DNA of 64,000 nucleotides from the human T2T-CHM13v2.0 reference genome, Homo sapiens (GCF_009914755.1 NC_060935.1); one strand, 5' to 3'; shown: positions 1 through 12,812, counted from the first letter of the stretch. The notes: a model not told the origin generated them from the sequence alone. Numbers and translations: made by a program.

Positions 1-552
1 GGTTATTGTAATCTAATCTTTTGATCCTGTCTTGGAGAAGTAAACATGAATTTTCAGAGCAACCATACAATTACCAATGACTAGTGAGCCACGTGAAAAC
101 ACACACTCCTTGAGTCAGATTAGCATGATGCAATGTACTAGATGTGATTTTCAATAATCTGTTGATTGTTCTGATTAATTCCACTATTATTTAATTACAT
201 AGAGTAGTCTATCTTTCAGCTGGAGGCACTGAAAGCAGGCAATTTGGGGGGTGATGAGCAGCCCAAATTACATATTCTTAAAGTTTATCCATTCAATAAT
301 TTTCAGATACATAGTTATGCTTATGAGGCCTTCAGTTTATATTTTCTTCATTTTAAAAGCATTACTTGAACCCTAAATTTTACCTACTGTTTTAACCCCT
401 TCCAAAGTAAACTAGGTACACATTGTCTGTACGGTTAAAACTAATTCCTTTTATGGAATGCACAGTCCATCAAGCTGTTTCATCTGTCTTAAAAGACCTC
501 TTTTCTTCCTCCATCTCTCTGACATATCCAAATGTCAAAGACCTATTCTTTG

Positions 553-1790
553 CTCATTTAATAAACATTTATTGAGGGATTACAGTACTTTATGCTAGAC
601 ATTGTGTTAGATATTGGGAAAAGAAAGTCAAATAAAGAAATATAGCCTCTATCTTCAAGGAGCTTTTTATCTAGGAATGGCACTTGTTCTGGAGTCCATG
701 GGGATTCCTTGGGAAATCCTTGTATAGGTATCCGTGTGCACCTGAAATTGTGAACACATTTTTCTAGAATGTGTGTCTAAAGTGTTTATTAGAATCTCCA
801 TAATTTAACTTAAATGGCTCTCCCAAAAGGTTAAAAACGATTAGTTTAAGGAGAAGGAAATGTGTGTAAATGAAGAATAATTTTAATAAAAGTGTGCATG
901 TGTTCTGTGGTAGCAGAGAAAGGTCATATAAATGAAACTGTGGACCGTTGAGGAGTAGATTATAATTGAGCTGACTTTTGAAGACTGGATTACTATATGA
1001 GAGGACGGAAAAAGTCCTAGGCAAAATATTGTTGGCAGGCATAAAGGTATTATACGGTATAATGCTTTTTAATCCCTGAAAGTAATATGGTAAAATTGAG
1101 GGGCTGAGAGGTGATGAAGAGGCTGGCGGCTGATTACGAACAGCCTTGAGTATTGAGGCTAGGGAGATAGGTAGGTGTCTTACGTGCAAACCTACCCAGG
1201 AGTGTGAAACCCCTGTTATTTCATATAATGTTCAGCATAAATATTGAGTCAAGAAATTTTGGTTTCAGATTAAGAAGTCTTACTTTGCAGCAAGAAGACA
1301 GGTGACAGGTTGGATACAAAAAAAAAGGGGGGATACAAGAAAAGAAAAGGCGATGAGGACTGACTTAAAGCTATTACCAAGGTCATAAAGAGGGTAGAAC
1401 CAAGGGATACACTGATGAAGTACAGAATCCGTAGGCCTTGCTGGCTTTCTGGAAGAGGAATGAGTGAGATGAGGTTAGGGTATTCCTCAGTCTTTTATCC
1501 CCACTCCCTCAGTGGATTGTGGTGCCACTCATAGGATAGAGATTTCAGGAAGAGAAGCACATTTGAAAGAAACTGAATATGGTTTGAAACATAATGAGTT
1601 TAGGCATCAATAGGATAATCAAGTACAGTTTGATGTAAAGGTTTCAAATGCAGACAGTAGGTAGAACAAGGAATGTAGATTTGGAGACATCAGCATATTT
1701 TGGAGGTATGAAGAATATTGTTACCAGAGGGAGTACATGGCAGATAAAAGAAACTTGTAGAAACACTGGTAGGAAGCATTACTATGGATA
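553..1790 (-). mobile_element. Degraded L2 LINE (3' part), interrupted by a hAT fragment
   Basis: TCATTTAATAAACATTTATTGAG...TGCTAGACATTGTGTTAGATATTGGG resembles the antisense L2 3' end, followed by purine-rich L2-like text; boundaries approximate. Confidence 0.55.
675..845. mobile_element. MER103C-like hAT DNA transposon fossil
   Basis: GGAGTCCATGG...CCTGAAATTGT...CCCAAAAGGTTAAAAAC resembles MER103C. Confidence 0.45.
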
Positions 1791-1950
1791 AGAAGAGGAG
1801 GGAAAAATGGAGAGAAGAGAGAGGGAGAGACAGAGACAGAAAGACAGATAGAGGAAGGGTAAAGAGGGAGGGGAAGAGGAAGAAGGAGAGAGAGACAAAG
1901 GCAGTGGGAGAGGGAAAGAAGGAAAATGAGGAGAAACTGAGAGAAGGAAA
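1790..1950. repeat. GA-rich low-complexity tract
   Basis: Near-pure purine run of GAGA/GAAG/GACA units. Confidence 0.85.
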
Positions 1951-2209
1951 GAGTAACTAAAGGTGTCTGATGTTTCAGGATGATAAAGTAGGATTAAGGC
2001 AGTTAAGCATTCCACTGAACTGCTATCCTCACTGATGTGTACCCATACTTTCCCTGTTGGTTTGTAGGTGAGTAGGAAGCACCTACAAGGACTGATTCCA
2101 GATCTTTCTCCCTGGAACTGATCTCTTTCAGCCCCAGTATTCTCAGAGCTTGTTATTTAAAACTTTATATTCCCCTCTACCTTTTTTAGTATATAATGTA
2201 TATTTTATT

Positions 2210-2335
2210 TCCTTCACTAGATTGTGAATTACAAGATGGCAGAAACCAGAAGTTATTTACCATTGTATCTAAGACCAGATCTATATGGTTCTGGGCATAA
2301 AATAGATTCTTAATAAATATTTGCAGAATTAAATT
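2210..2335 (+). mobile_element. L2 3' end fragment
   Basis: CACTAGATTGTGAA...TAATAAATATTTGCAGAATTAAAT is a typical L2 terminus. Confidence 0.65.
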
Positions 2336-2446
2336 ACATTATAGTTTTGTGGATATATCCCATCTCCTATATTCCACTAAATACTTTTCAGTCTTTGTTT
2401 GTGGAGTGATGTTTTTGGCACTTGGCTTCCACAGAACGATTTTCCC

Positions 2447-2457
2447 ATGACTCAGCA
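2447..2457 (+). promoter_or_regulatory. Candidate NRF2/BACH1-sMaf antioxidant response element containing an AP-1 site
   Basis: Perfect ATGACTCAGCA in apparently non-repeat DNA; motif match only. Confidence 0.3.
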
Positions 2458-3189
2458 CTTATTGCAATTATATAGCTGGGGTTTTTGGTAGCACTCAACC
2501 AGTGATTCCGAATTCTTATTTTGTAGCATGGCACTGTAGCGCAGGTAGTGTCATTAAATTTTCAAAAAGATCTTAATATAAAATGTACTATAAACTTATA
2601 AAAATAGCATGTATTTCTATATCTCTTTTGAGAGGAGAGAGGCATAGATATTTTAAAACCTAAAAAAAAAAATTGCACTACAGAATTTCCCAGCACCAAA
2701 CCATTTGTGTATCAAAGTTTTAGATGTTCTGGTCTGCTGGAATATAGGACATATTTGTCATTTACTTACAGATCTTGAAGTCCTCATCTTATATGGAGGG
2801 CTTTTGCTTTCCCCTCAATCCTCTACAAAATAAGAATCAGGGTGATTCTTGCCTACATTTAAAGATGAATTCATTGTATATCAGCAACTGTTTTAACGTT
2901 AATGAGGAATTTTGAGTCTCTGCAAGTTTTAACCATCATAAAACAAGCAAACAAACACCACTCCAAGAGAGCAGAACTTGTATTTTTTTGTTTTTTTTTT
3001 CATTTAGAGAATTTCTGCAAAACCAGTTTTAAAATGTTGTTTCATTTATGATGAGTTTATAATTCCTGTAAGACATTTAATATAAGAACAGATATTTTGA
3101 CAATGTTCAATTGTTAGTTCTTCAATACTTAAAGTTGTACGTAGTGACCCAGCAGGAGAGTGTGCTCTAGGTGAAACAGAATGAGTTGT

Positions 3190-3552
3190 TGATATGGTCT
3201 GGCTCTGTGTCCCCACCCAAATCTCATCTTGAATTGTAATCTGAATTGTAATCCCCATGTGTTGGGAGAGGGACCTCATGGGAGGTGATTAGATCATGGG
3301 GGTGGTCCCTCCATGCTGTTCTCATGATAGTGAGTCCTCACAAGATCTGGTGGTTTTCTAAGGGGCTTCCCCCTTTGCTCAGCACTCATTCTGTCTCCTG
3401 CCACCCTGTGAAGAGGTACCTTCCCCCATCATTGTAAGTTTCCTGAAACCTCCCCAGCCATGCAAAACTGTGAGTCAGTTAAACCTCTTTTCTTTATAAA
3501 TTACCCAGTCTCAAGGTATCTCTTCATAGCAGCATGGGAAGGAACTAATACA
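3190..3552 (+). mobile_element. THE1/MST-family (THE1D-like) MaLR solo LTR
   Basis: TGATATGGTCTGGCTCTGTGTCCCCACCCAAATC...CTAATACA with 5-bp TSD GTTGT at 3185-3189 and 3553-3557. Confidence 0.93.
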
Positions 3553-3639
3553 GTTGTGAAATCTGAAGTTAAATTGTAACTCCAGCCCTGATGTGCCTTG
3601 TGAGCCACGACTTATTCAACAGAGAAGACCCAGGGCTGT

Positions 3640-3960
3640 TCAGTGATAAAGCATCAGAATTCCAGACTTTGGATCTAACTGAGCACTCTTTCTGCCCTAG
3701 GGCAAGCTTCTTAACTTTTTTAAACTTTAGTTTTCTGTAACATCTGAAAAATTGTAACAGTACTTATCAGATAAGATTGTTATAAAGATTAAATGGGATA
3801 ATTATGTAAAGCAATTTATACAATACCTAGCTGATGATAATATTCCAATAAGTTACACAGTAAGCATCTCAAAAATTCATTTCTTGCATTAGTAAGACGA
3901 AAATGGTAATAGTCACTGCCTCATAGAGTAGCTGTGAGGATTACATGAGGTTCAATGTGG
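3640..3960 (+). mobile_element. MIR fragments
   Basis: MIR core-like CATCTGAAAA...AAGATTAAATGGGATAAT and GCCTCATAGAGTAGCTGTGAGGATTA. Confidence 0.6.
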
Positions 3961-4308
3961 TAGGTACCTTCTAATTCCCCAGACACATAGTAAGTTTCCT
4001 ACTTCCTCCCTATCATAAACATTCATTCATCCTACTGGTATTTATTAAGAGCCTGATATGTGCTTGTTCCTGTTAGATAATTACATATATCAGGATCTTT
4101 TTTTTTATACTTTAAGTTCTGGGATACATGTGCGGAACGTGCAGGTTTGTTACATAGGTATACACGTGCCATGATGGTTTTCTACGCCTATCAACCCATC
4201 ATCAACATTAGGTATTTATCCTAATGCTATCCCTCCGCTAGCCCTCCCACCCCATGACAGGCCGTGGTGTGTGATTTTCCCCTTCCTGTGTCTATGTGTT
4301 CAGATTGT

Positions 4309-7300
4309 TCAACTCCCACTTATGAGTGAGAACATGTGGTGTTTGGTTTTCTGTTCCTGTGTTACTTTGCTGAGAATGATGGTTGCCAGCTTCATCCATG
4401 TCCCAGCAAAGGGACATGAACTCATCCTTTTATGGCTGCATAATATTCCATGGTGTATATGTGCCACATTTTCTTTATTCAGTCTACCATTGATGGGCAT
4501 TTGGGTTGGTTGCAAATCTTTGCTATTGTGAATAGTGCTGCAAAAAACATATGTGTGCATGTGTCTTTATAGTAGAATGATTTATAAACCTTTGGGTATA
4601 TGCCCAGTAAGGGGATTGCTGGGTCAAATGGTATTTCTGATTCTAGATCCTTGAAGAATCACCACCCTGCCTTCCACAATGGTTGAATTAATTTACACTC
4701 CCAGCAACAATGTAAAAGCGTCCTATTTTTCCACATCCTCTCCAGCATTTGTTGTTTCCTGACTTTGTAATGATTACCATTCTAACTGGCATGAGATGGT
4801 ATCTCATTGTGGTTTTGATTTGCATTTCTCTAATGACCAGTGATGATGAGCTTTTTTTCATGTTTGTTGGCTGCATGAATGTGTTCTTTTGAGAAGTGTC
4901 TGTTCATATCCTTCGCCCAATTTTGATGGGGTTGTTTTTTTTCTTATAAATTTAAGTTCCTTGTAGATTCTGGATATTAGTCCTTTGTCACATGGATAGA
5001 TTGCAAAAATTTTCTCACATTCTGTAGGTTGCCTGTTCACTCTGATGATAGTTTCTTTTGCTGTGTAGAAACTTTTTAGTTTAATTAGATCCCATTTGTC
5101 AATTTTGGCTTTTGTTGCCATTGCTCTTTGGTGTTTTAATCATAAAGTCTTTGTTCATGCCTATGTCCTGAATGGTATTGCCTAGGTTTTCCTCTAGGGT
5201 TTTTTTGGTTTTAGGTCTTGCATTTAAGTCATTATTCCATCTTGAGATAATTTTTCTATAAGGTGTAAAGAAGGGGTCCAGTTTTAATTTTCTGCATATG
5301 GCTAGACAGTTTTCCCAACACCATTTATTAAATAGGTAATCCTTTCCCCATTGCTTATTTTTGTCAGGTTTGTCAAAGATCAGATAGTTGTAGATGTGTG
5401 ACATTATTTCTGAGGCCTCTGTTCTGTTCCATTGGTCTATATATCTGTTTTGGTACCAATATCATGCTGTTTTGGTTACTGTAGCCTTGTAGTATAGTTT
5501 GAAGTCAGGTAGCGTGTTGCCTCCAGGTTTGTTCTTTTGGCTTAGGATTGTCTTGGCAATACGGTCTCTTTTCTGTTTCCATATGAAATTTAAAGTAGTT
5601 TTTTCCTAATTCTGTGAAGAAAGTCATTGGTAGCTTGATGGGGATAACATTGAATCTATAAATTAATGTGGACAGCATGGCCATTTTCATGATATTGATT
5701 TTTCCTATCCATAAGCATGGAATGGTTTTCCATTTGTTTGTATTCTCTCTTATTTCCTTGGGCAGTGGTTTGTAGTTCTCCTTGAAGAGGTCCTTCACAT
5801 CCCTTGTAAGTTGTATTCCTAGGTATTTTATTCTATAAACTACACAACTACATGGAAACTGAACAGCCTTCTCCTGAATGACTACTGGGTAAATAATGAA
5901 ATTAAGGCAGAAATAAATAAGTTCTTTCAAACCAATGAGAACAAAGATACAACATACCAGAATCTATTATTTGGAAGAGTTTTATAAGGAATGGTACCAG
6001 CTCCTCTTTGCACCTCTGGTAGAATTTGGCTGTGAATCCGTCTGGTCCTGGACCTTTTTTGATTGGTAGGCTATGAATTACTGCCTCAATTTCAGAACTT
6101 GTTATTGGTCTTTTCAGTGATTTGATTTCTTTCTGGTTTAGTCTTGGGAGGGTGTATGTGTCCAGGAACCTATCCATTTCTTCTAAATTTTCTAGTTTAT
6201 TTGTGTAGACGTGTTTATAGTATTCTCTGATGGTAGTTTGTATTTCTGTGGGATCAGTGGTGGTATCCCCTTCATCATTTTTTATTGTGTCTATTTGATT
6301 CTTCTCTCTTCTTTATTAGTCTGGCTAGCAGTCTATTTTGTTTATTTTTTCAAAAAACCATCTCCTGGATTCGTTGATTTTTTGAAGGGTTTTTCGCGTC
6401 TCTATCTCCTTCAGTTCTGCTCTGATCTTAGTTATTTCTTGTCTTCTGGTAGATTTTGAAGTTGTTTGCTTGTGCTTCTCAGTTCTTTTCATTGTGATGT
6501 TAGGGTGTTGATTTTAGATCTTTCCTACCTTCTTCTATGGGCATTTAGTGCTCTAAATTTCCCTGTAAACACTGCTTTAGCTGAGTCCCAGAGATTCTTG
6601 TACATTGTGACTTTGTTCTCATGGGTTTCAAAGGACTTATTTATTTCTGCCTTCATTTTGTTATTTACCCAGTAGTCATTTAGAGCAGTTTTTTCAGTTT
6701 CCATGTAGTTATGTGGTTTTGAGTGAGTTTCTTAATCCTGAGTACAAATTTGGTTATACTGTGGTCTGAGAGACTGTTTGTTATGATTTCCATTCTTCTG
6801 TATTTGCTAAGGAGTGTTTTACTTCCAATTATGTGGTCAATTTTAGAATAAGTGCAATGTGTTGCTAAGAAGGATGTATATTCTGTTGATTTGTGTAGAG
6901 AGTTCTGTAGAAGTCTATTAGATCTTCTTGGTCCAGAGCTGAGTTCAAATCCTGGGTATTCTTGTTAACTTTCTGTCTCATTGATCTGTCTAATCTTGAC
7001 AGTGGGGTGTTAACGTCTCCCACTATTATTATGTGGGAGCCTAAGGTTCTTTGTAGGTCTCTAAGAACTTTCTTTATGAATCTTGGTACTCCTGTATTGG
7101 ATGCATATATATTTAGGGTAGTTAGCTCTTCTTGTTGCATCAATCCTTTTACCATTATGTAATCCCCTTCTTTGTCTTTTTTGATCTTGGTTGGTTTAAA
7201 GTCTGTTTTATCAGCAACTAGGATTGCAACCTTTGCTTCTTTTTGCTTTCCATTTGCTTGGTAAATATTCCTCCATCCCTTTATTTTGAGCCTATATGTG

Positions 7301-7449
7301 TCTCTGCATGTGAGATGGGTCTCCTGAATACAGCACACTGATGGGTCTTGACTCTTTATCCAATTTGCCAGTCGGTGTCTTTTAAATGGAGCATTTAGCT
7401 CATTTACATTTAAGATTAATATTGTTATGTGTGAATTTGATCCTGTCAT
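4309..7449 (-). pseudogene. Disrupted L1 ORF2 (endonuclease/RT)
   Basis: Starts MTGSNSHITIL..., ends ...MFSLISGS*; multiple stops and frameshifts; FADD region missing. Confidence 0.93.
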
Positions 7450-7529
7450 TATGATGCTAACTGGTTATTTTGCCCGTTAGTTGATGCAGTTTCTTCATAC
7501 TGTCAATGGTGTTTACAATTTTGTATGTT

Positions 7530-8542
7530 TTTCAGTGGCTGGTACTGGTTTTTTCTTTCCATATTTAGTGCTTCCTTCAGGAGCTCTTAGTAAGGCAGGC
7601 CTGGTGGTGACAAAATCTCTCAGCATTGTTTGTCTGTAAAGGATTTTATTTCTCCTTCAATTATGAAGCTTAGTTTGGATATGAAATTCTGGGTTGCAAA
7701 TTATTTTCTTTAAGAATGTTAAAGTTTGGCCCCCATTCTGTTCTGGCTTGTAGGGTTTCTGCAGAGAGATCTGCTGTTAGTCTAATGGGCTTCCCATTGT
7801 GGGTACCCCGACCTTTCTCTCTGGCTGTCCTTAATATTTTTTCCTTCATTTCAACCTTGGTGAATCTGACGATTATATGTCTTGGGGTTGCCCTTCTCAA
7901 GGAATATCTTTGTGATGTTCTTTGTATTTCCCTAATTTGAATGTTAGCCTGTCTTGCTAGGTTGGGGAAATTCTCCTGGATAATATCCCGAAGAGTGTTT
8001 TCCAACTTGGTTCAATTCTCCCTGTCACTTTCAGGTACACCAATCTAACATAGGTTTGGTCTTTCCACATAGTCCACGTAGTCCCATATTTCTTGGAGGC
8101 TTTGTTCATTCCTTTTCATTCTTTTTCTCTAATCTTGTCTTCATGATTTATTTCATTAAGTTGATCTTCAATCTCTGATATGCTTTCTTCCACTTGATCA
8201 ATTTGGCTGTTGATACTTGTGTATGCTTCATGAAGTTCTCATGCTGTGTTTTTCAGCTCCATCAGATCATTTATGTTCTTCTCTGAACTGGTTATTCTAG
8301 TGAGCATTTTCTCTAACCTTTTTTCAAGTTTCTTAGCTTTTCTGCTAAGAATGGGTTGGAATATGTTCTTTTAGCTCAGAGGAGTTTGTTATTACCCACC
8401 TTCTGAAACCTTCTTCTGTCAATTCATCAAACTCATTCTCCATCCAGTTTTGTTCCTTTGCTGGTGAGGAGTTGTGATCCTTTGGAGGAGAAGCATTCTG
8501 ATTTTTGGAATTTTCAGTCTTTTTGTGCTGGTTTTTCCTCAT
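7530..8542 (-). pseudogene. Disrupted L1 ORF1
   Basis: MRKNQHKKTENSKNQNAS... and ENTLRDIIQENFPNLARQANIQI...RATPRHIIVRF fragments. Confidence 0.92.
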
Positions 8543-9249
8543 CTTCGTGGATTTATCTACCTTTGGTCTTTGATATTGGTGACCTTCTGATGGGGTTTTT
8601 GTGTGGATGACCTTTTTGTTGATGTTGATGCTATTCCTTTCTGTTTGTCAGTTTTCCTTCTAACAGTCAGGCCTCTCTGCTGCAGGTCTGCTGGAGTTTC
8701 CTGGAGGTCTACTCCAGACCCTCTTTTCCTGGATATCACTAGTGGAGGCTGCAGAATAGCACAGATTGCTGCCTATTCCTTCCTCTGGAAACTTCATCTC
8801 AGAGGGTCACCTGCCAGATGCCAGACGGAGCTCTTCTGTATGAGGTGTCTCTCAATTCTCCTGGGACGTGTCTCCCAATCAGGAGGCATGGGGTTCATGT
8901 ACCCACTTGAGGAGGCAGTCTGTCCCTTAGCAGAGCTTGAGTGCTGTGCTGGGAGATCCACTGCTCTCTTCAGAGCCAGCAAGCAGGAACGTTTAAGTCT
9001 GCTGAAGCTGTGCCCACAACTGTCCCTTCCCCCAGGTGCTCTTTCCCATGGAAATGGGGGTTTTATCTATAAGCCCCTGATTGGGGCTACTGCCTTTTTT
9101 TCAGAGATGTCCTGCCGAGAGAGGAGGAATTTAGAGAGGCAGTCTGGCAACAGTGGCTTTGCTGAGCTGTGGTGGTCTCTGGCCAGTTCATACTTCCCAG
9201 TGGCTTTGTTTACACTGTGAGGGGAAAGCCACCTACTCAAGCCTCATTA

Positions 9250-9468
9250 ATGGCAGATGCCCCTCCTCCCACCAAGCTTGAGTGTCCCAGGTCAACTTCA
9301 GACTGCTGTGCTGGCAGCGAGAATTTCAAGCCAGTGGATCTTAGCTCACTGGGCTCCATGGTGGTGGGATCTGCTGGGCTAGACCACTTGGCTCCCTGGC
9401 TTCAGCCCCCTTTCCAGGGGAGTGAATGGTTCTGTCTTGCTGGCATTCCATGTGCCACTGGGGTATGA
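9250..9468 (+). CDS. L1 antisense ORF0-like open frame, 72 aa; translation unproven
   Basis: MADAPPPTKLECPRSTSDCCAGS... matches the L1HS ORF0 N-terminus MAGAPPPASLPPCSLISDCCAS and lies antisense in the 5'UTR. Confidence 0.45.
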   Translation: MADAPPPTKLECPRSTSDCCAGSENFKPVDLSSLGSMVVGSAGLDHLAPWLQPPFQGSEWFCLAGIPCATGV

Positions 9469-9889
9469 AAAACTCCTGCAGCTAGCTCGGTGTCTGTTTA
9501 AACAGCCACACATTTTTGTGCTTGAAACCCAGGGCCCTAGTGGTGTAGGCACCCAAGGGGATCTCTGGCCTGTGGGTTGTGAAGACCATGGGAACAATGC
9601 AGTGCCTGGGCTGGAATGTACCATTGCTCGTGGCACAGTCCCTCATGGCTTCCCTTGGCCGAGGAGGGAGTTCCCCGACCACCCTGCTTCGGTCTGACCT
9701 CTGTGGGCTGCACCCACTGTCTAACCAGACCCAGTGAGATGAGCCAGGTACCTCAGTTGAAAATGCAGAAATAACCTGCCTTCTGCATTCATCTCTCTGG
9801 GAGCTGCAGACTGGAGCTGTTCCTATTTGGCCATCTTGCCAGCCCCCCAATATATATCAGGATCTTATAAGTAGAACAAGACATACAGC

Positions 9890-10110
9890 AATCACTGGTC
9901 CTGGGGACAACAGGCTGGAATTATTATCTTGGTTTCTCTATTTTTTAGCTTTGCAAATTTGGTTAAGTCATTTAATATTTTGGTAGCCAGTTTGTTTATC
10001 TCCTAAATGGTGATAGTAGCAACTGCCCCCAGCCTAACTTCAGGGGTATTGATAGGACCAAGGTAATACATGTCCATGTGCTATGTACTGTGCCAAATAT
10101 TATTATTATA
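9890..10110 (+). mobile_element. MIR
   Basis: TTTGGTTAAGTCATTTAAT...TTTATCTCCTAAATGGTGATAGTAG resembles the MIR core. Confidence 0.55.
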
Positions 10111-10663
10111 ACAATTTGCTTCTATTCCCCTGGCTGAAGGGACAGAAAGGAGGAAGTTCCTGGGTGCACTAAAAATTCTCTGAGAATGTTCAGGTGAGAA
10201 ATGGGCTGAGGGAAGACTGTTATGCAGATTCCCCACTCCTTGCTTTTGAAGTTCTGTTATTTGAAAAGTCCCAGAAGTCAAAATCATCTAAATTTCAAAG
10301 GGGACATTTTCACAGAATTTAAAGGTTAAACATGTCTATACTCATGTGAAATAGGCAAAGAGGTTTGTTTAAGTGATAGTTTCTGCAATAATTCTTATAG
10401 TCCTGATGCTGCCAAATAAATTACCATTCCATGCAGGACTAAACTTTAGATTCCAGCCCAAATCTGGATATCTCAGAAGCTGATTTAATGCCACCAAATT
10501 CTGCTGGATTTGCTAATGTTATTGCTCCACACCAAAAACCTCCAGTCAATTTGTGCTTGCCTGACTTAAAGGAGAATTCTCCAGACTAGCAGTATGCTAT
10601 TTCCTGTTCCCTTTTGGGCAACCTGTTTTCTTCAGTTTCTTTTAAACAGTATTTAAAAGCTTA

Positions 10664-10987
<324 letters not shown>

Positions 10988-11900
10988 TCAAACTGGCAAC
11001 AGACATTATTGGCTGCCGTAGTCACATTCTATCATGTTTCTGTGTTTACAATCTAGAAACTTCAAACCTGAAGTCCAAGAAACTGTGTGAGGCAGTCAAC
11101 AGTAGAGGTGCAAATGTTGAGAAACCCTTGCTTTTAAACAGGCATGGGACCAACTGTGAAGTGAAGAATTTTCTTCCCAAAATTTTTTATACTTTCTCTC
11201 CTGGGAAGATACAATTTAACTTTCTGATACCAAATCTTTTTCATGTTTTTCTCTCTAGATGGAATTGTCAGAGTTACATCTTTATAAATAAATCCATGTA
11301 TCAATTTGAGGATTAAAGAAATAAAAATAATCTTAGAAGAATTTTTTGCAAAATCTGGAAATGTCAGGCAAATATTTATAATTAGTAAATAACTTTTCTC
11401 TGAATTAGAATTTTTTTTTCTGCGTTATTTCCAGGAATAGAGGTGATCATCCTAATTTGCAGAACATCAAAAATTTCTGAAAATCGAGAGTGTCATAATG
11501 CTGTAGCAGGGAAGGCCCCTGATGTGTTGATAGAGCAGGCAGGCCTTTTGGTGGAATGACTTGGTCAGAAGTAGCTCATGTACCTCAGTGCTTCGAATGC
11601 CTGTAATAACTCCTTTGGAAAACTTGTGGGGAAATGTGAGTAGTATTAGACAAATGGGCAAGTAGATCAAGACTCTGATAGGAAAGTTCACAGAATGGAT
11701 AAATTTTAATGGGAAAGAAGAAAGATGAATTTGGAGCACTATGGCATCCACTACGTTTCTCAAAAGTCACATAGTAGTATTGAGTATGTGAAATGTAAAG
11801 AGGAAAAAGGCAAATATGCTTCCTTGTTTACATGAATTCAAAGAATATTTGAGAGCATAAACATGAGAATACACAGTTTCCATGTTCAAAAAACTTACAG

Positions 11901-12210
11901 GGCCAGGTGCAGTGGTTCACACCTGTAATTCCAGCACTTTTAGAGGCTGAGGTGTGAGGATTGCTTGAGGCCAGGAGTTTGAGACCAGCCTGAGAAACAT
12001 AGCAAGACACCATCTCTACAAAAATAAAAATTAAAAAAATGACCTGGGCATGGGGGCTTATCATGGTAATTCCAGCTACTCAGGAGGCTGAGATGGGAAA
12101 ATTTTTTGGCCTAGGAGTTCAAGGCTGTGGTGAGCCACGATTGCACCACTGCACCCCAGTCTGAGTGACAGAGTGAGACCCTGTTTCTAAAAAAAGAAAA
12201 AGAGAAAAAA
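11901..12210 (+). mobile_element. AluJ SINE
   Basis: GGATTGCTTGAGGCCAGGAGTT and GGAGTTCAAGGCTG J-type motifs; TSD core CTTACAG. Confidence 0.92.
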
Positions 12211-12276
12211 GCCAAGAAGCTTACAGTACTGAGGAACATAAAGGTAAACAGTTAATTTCAATATCCTGTTTGAATA

Positions 12277-12300
12277 TTTACTGTAGCATGCTACAGTAAA
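12277..12300. repeat. Perfect 24-bp palindrome
   Basis: TTTACTGTAGCATGCTACAGTAAA equals its own reverse complement. Confidence 0.97.
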
Positions 12301-12629
12301 AGTAATACGGAAAGATATAGGAGCATGAGAAAGGGGTGCCTACCAACCCAACCAACTAACCTTTTCTTGGAGGAAGTGAATTCTGAACTATGACATTTTT
12401 ATGATCTAAGAGAACAATGGTAGAGGCAGAGGAAACATCACACTCTCCCTATCTCTTCAAGGCTGCATTTCAGAAGAACTGCAATGAGTTCAGAGTACTG
12501 GGAGAGGATCTGACCAAAATGAGGTTGTTGAACATGGACTCAACCCACCTTAGTTAGGAATTGAGCTTTATCCTAAGGGCAACTGAGACAATGCATTCTC
12601 AACAGTCCTATGAGAAGACACAGCAAAAT

Positions 12630-12812
12630 AGAATGTTTAGGATTATGGGCTCCATGCCTCATTTTTCTTATCTGTAAAATGGGGATGAAAATAGTAAAAC
12701 CTCCCTCATAGGGTTGTTGAAACAATGGAAAAATTTAAACCCCATAATGTACATAGAATAGCTGGAGTACTTAACCTGGAACATAGTGAGCACTCCATAA
12801 ATGTTAGCTATT
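12630..12812 (+). mobile_element. MIR
   Basis: GCCTCATTTTTCTTATCTGTAAAATGGGGATG...ATAAATGTTAGCTATT. Confidence 0.8.

Larger units (their letters stand above)
4100..9851 (-). mobile_element. Full-length but inactive L1PA6/L1PA7-like LINE-1 with the RT core deleted
   Basis: 5' end GGGGGCTGGCAAGATGGCC (minus strand), ~1.3 kb 5'UTR, ORF1 and ORF2 remnants, poly(A); 15-bp TSD ATATATCAGGATCTT at 4085-4099 and 9852-9866. Confidence 0.96.

Noticed and set aside
8603-9220. 205-aa plus-strand ORF
   Set aside because: Antisense reading of the L1 5'UTR, starting at a non-ATG codon; no independent coding evidence
11725-11835. Short frame MNLEHYGIHY..., faintly resembling a FERM-domain motif
   Set aside because: In-frame stop just upstream, no splice sites, and similarity limited to a few residues
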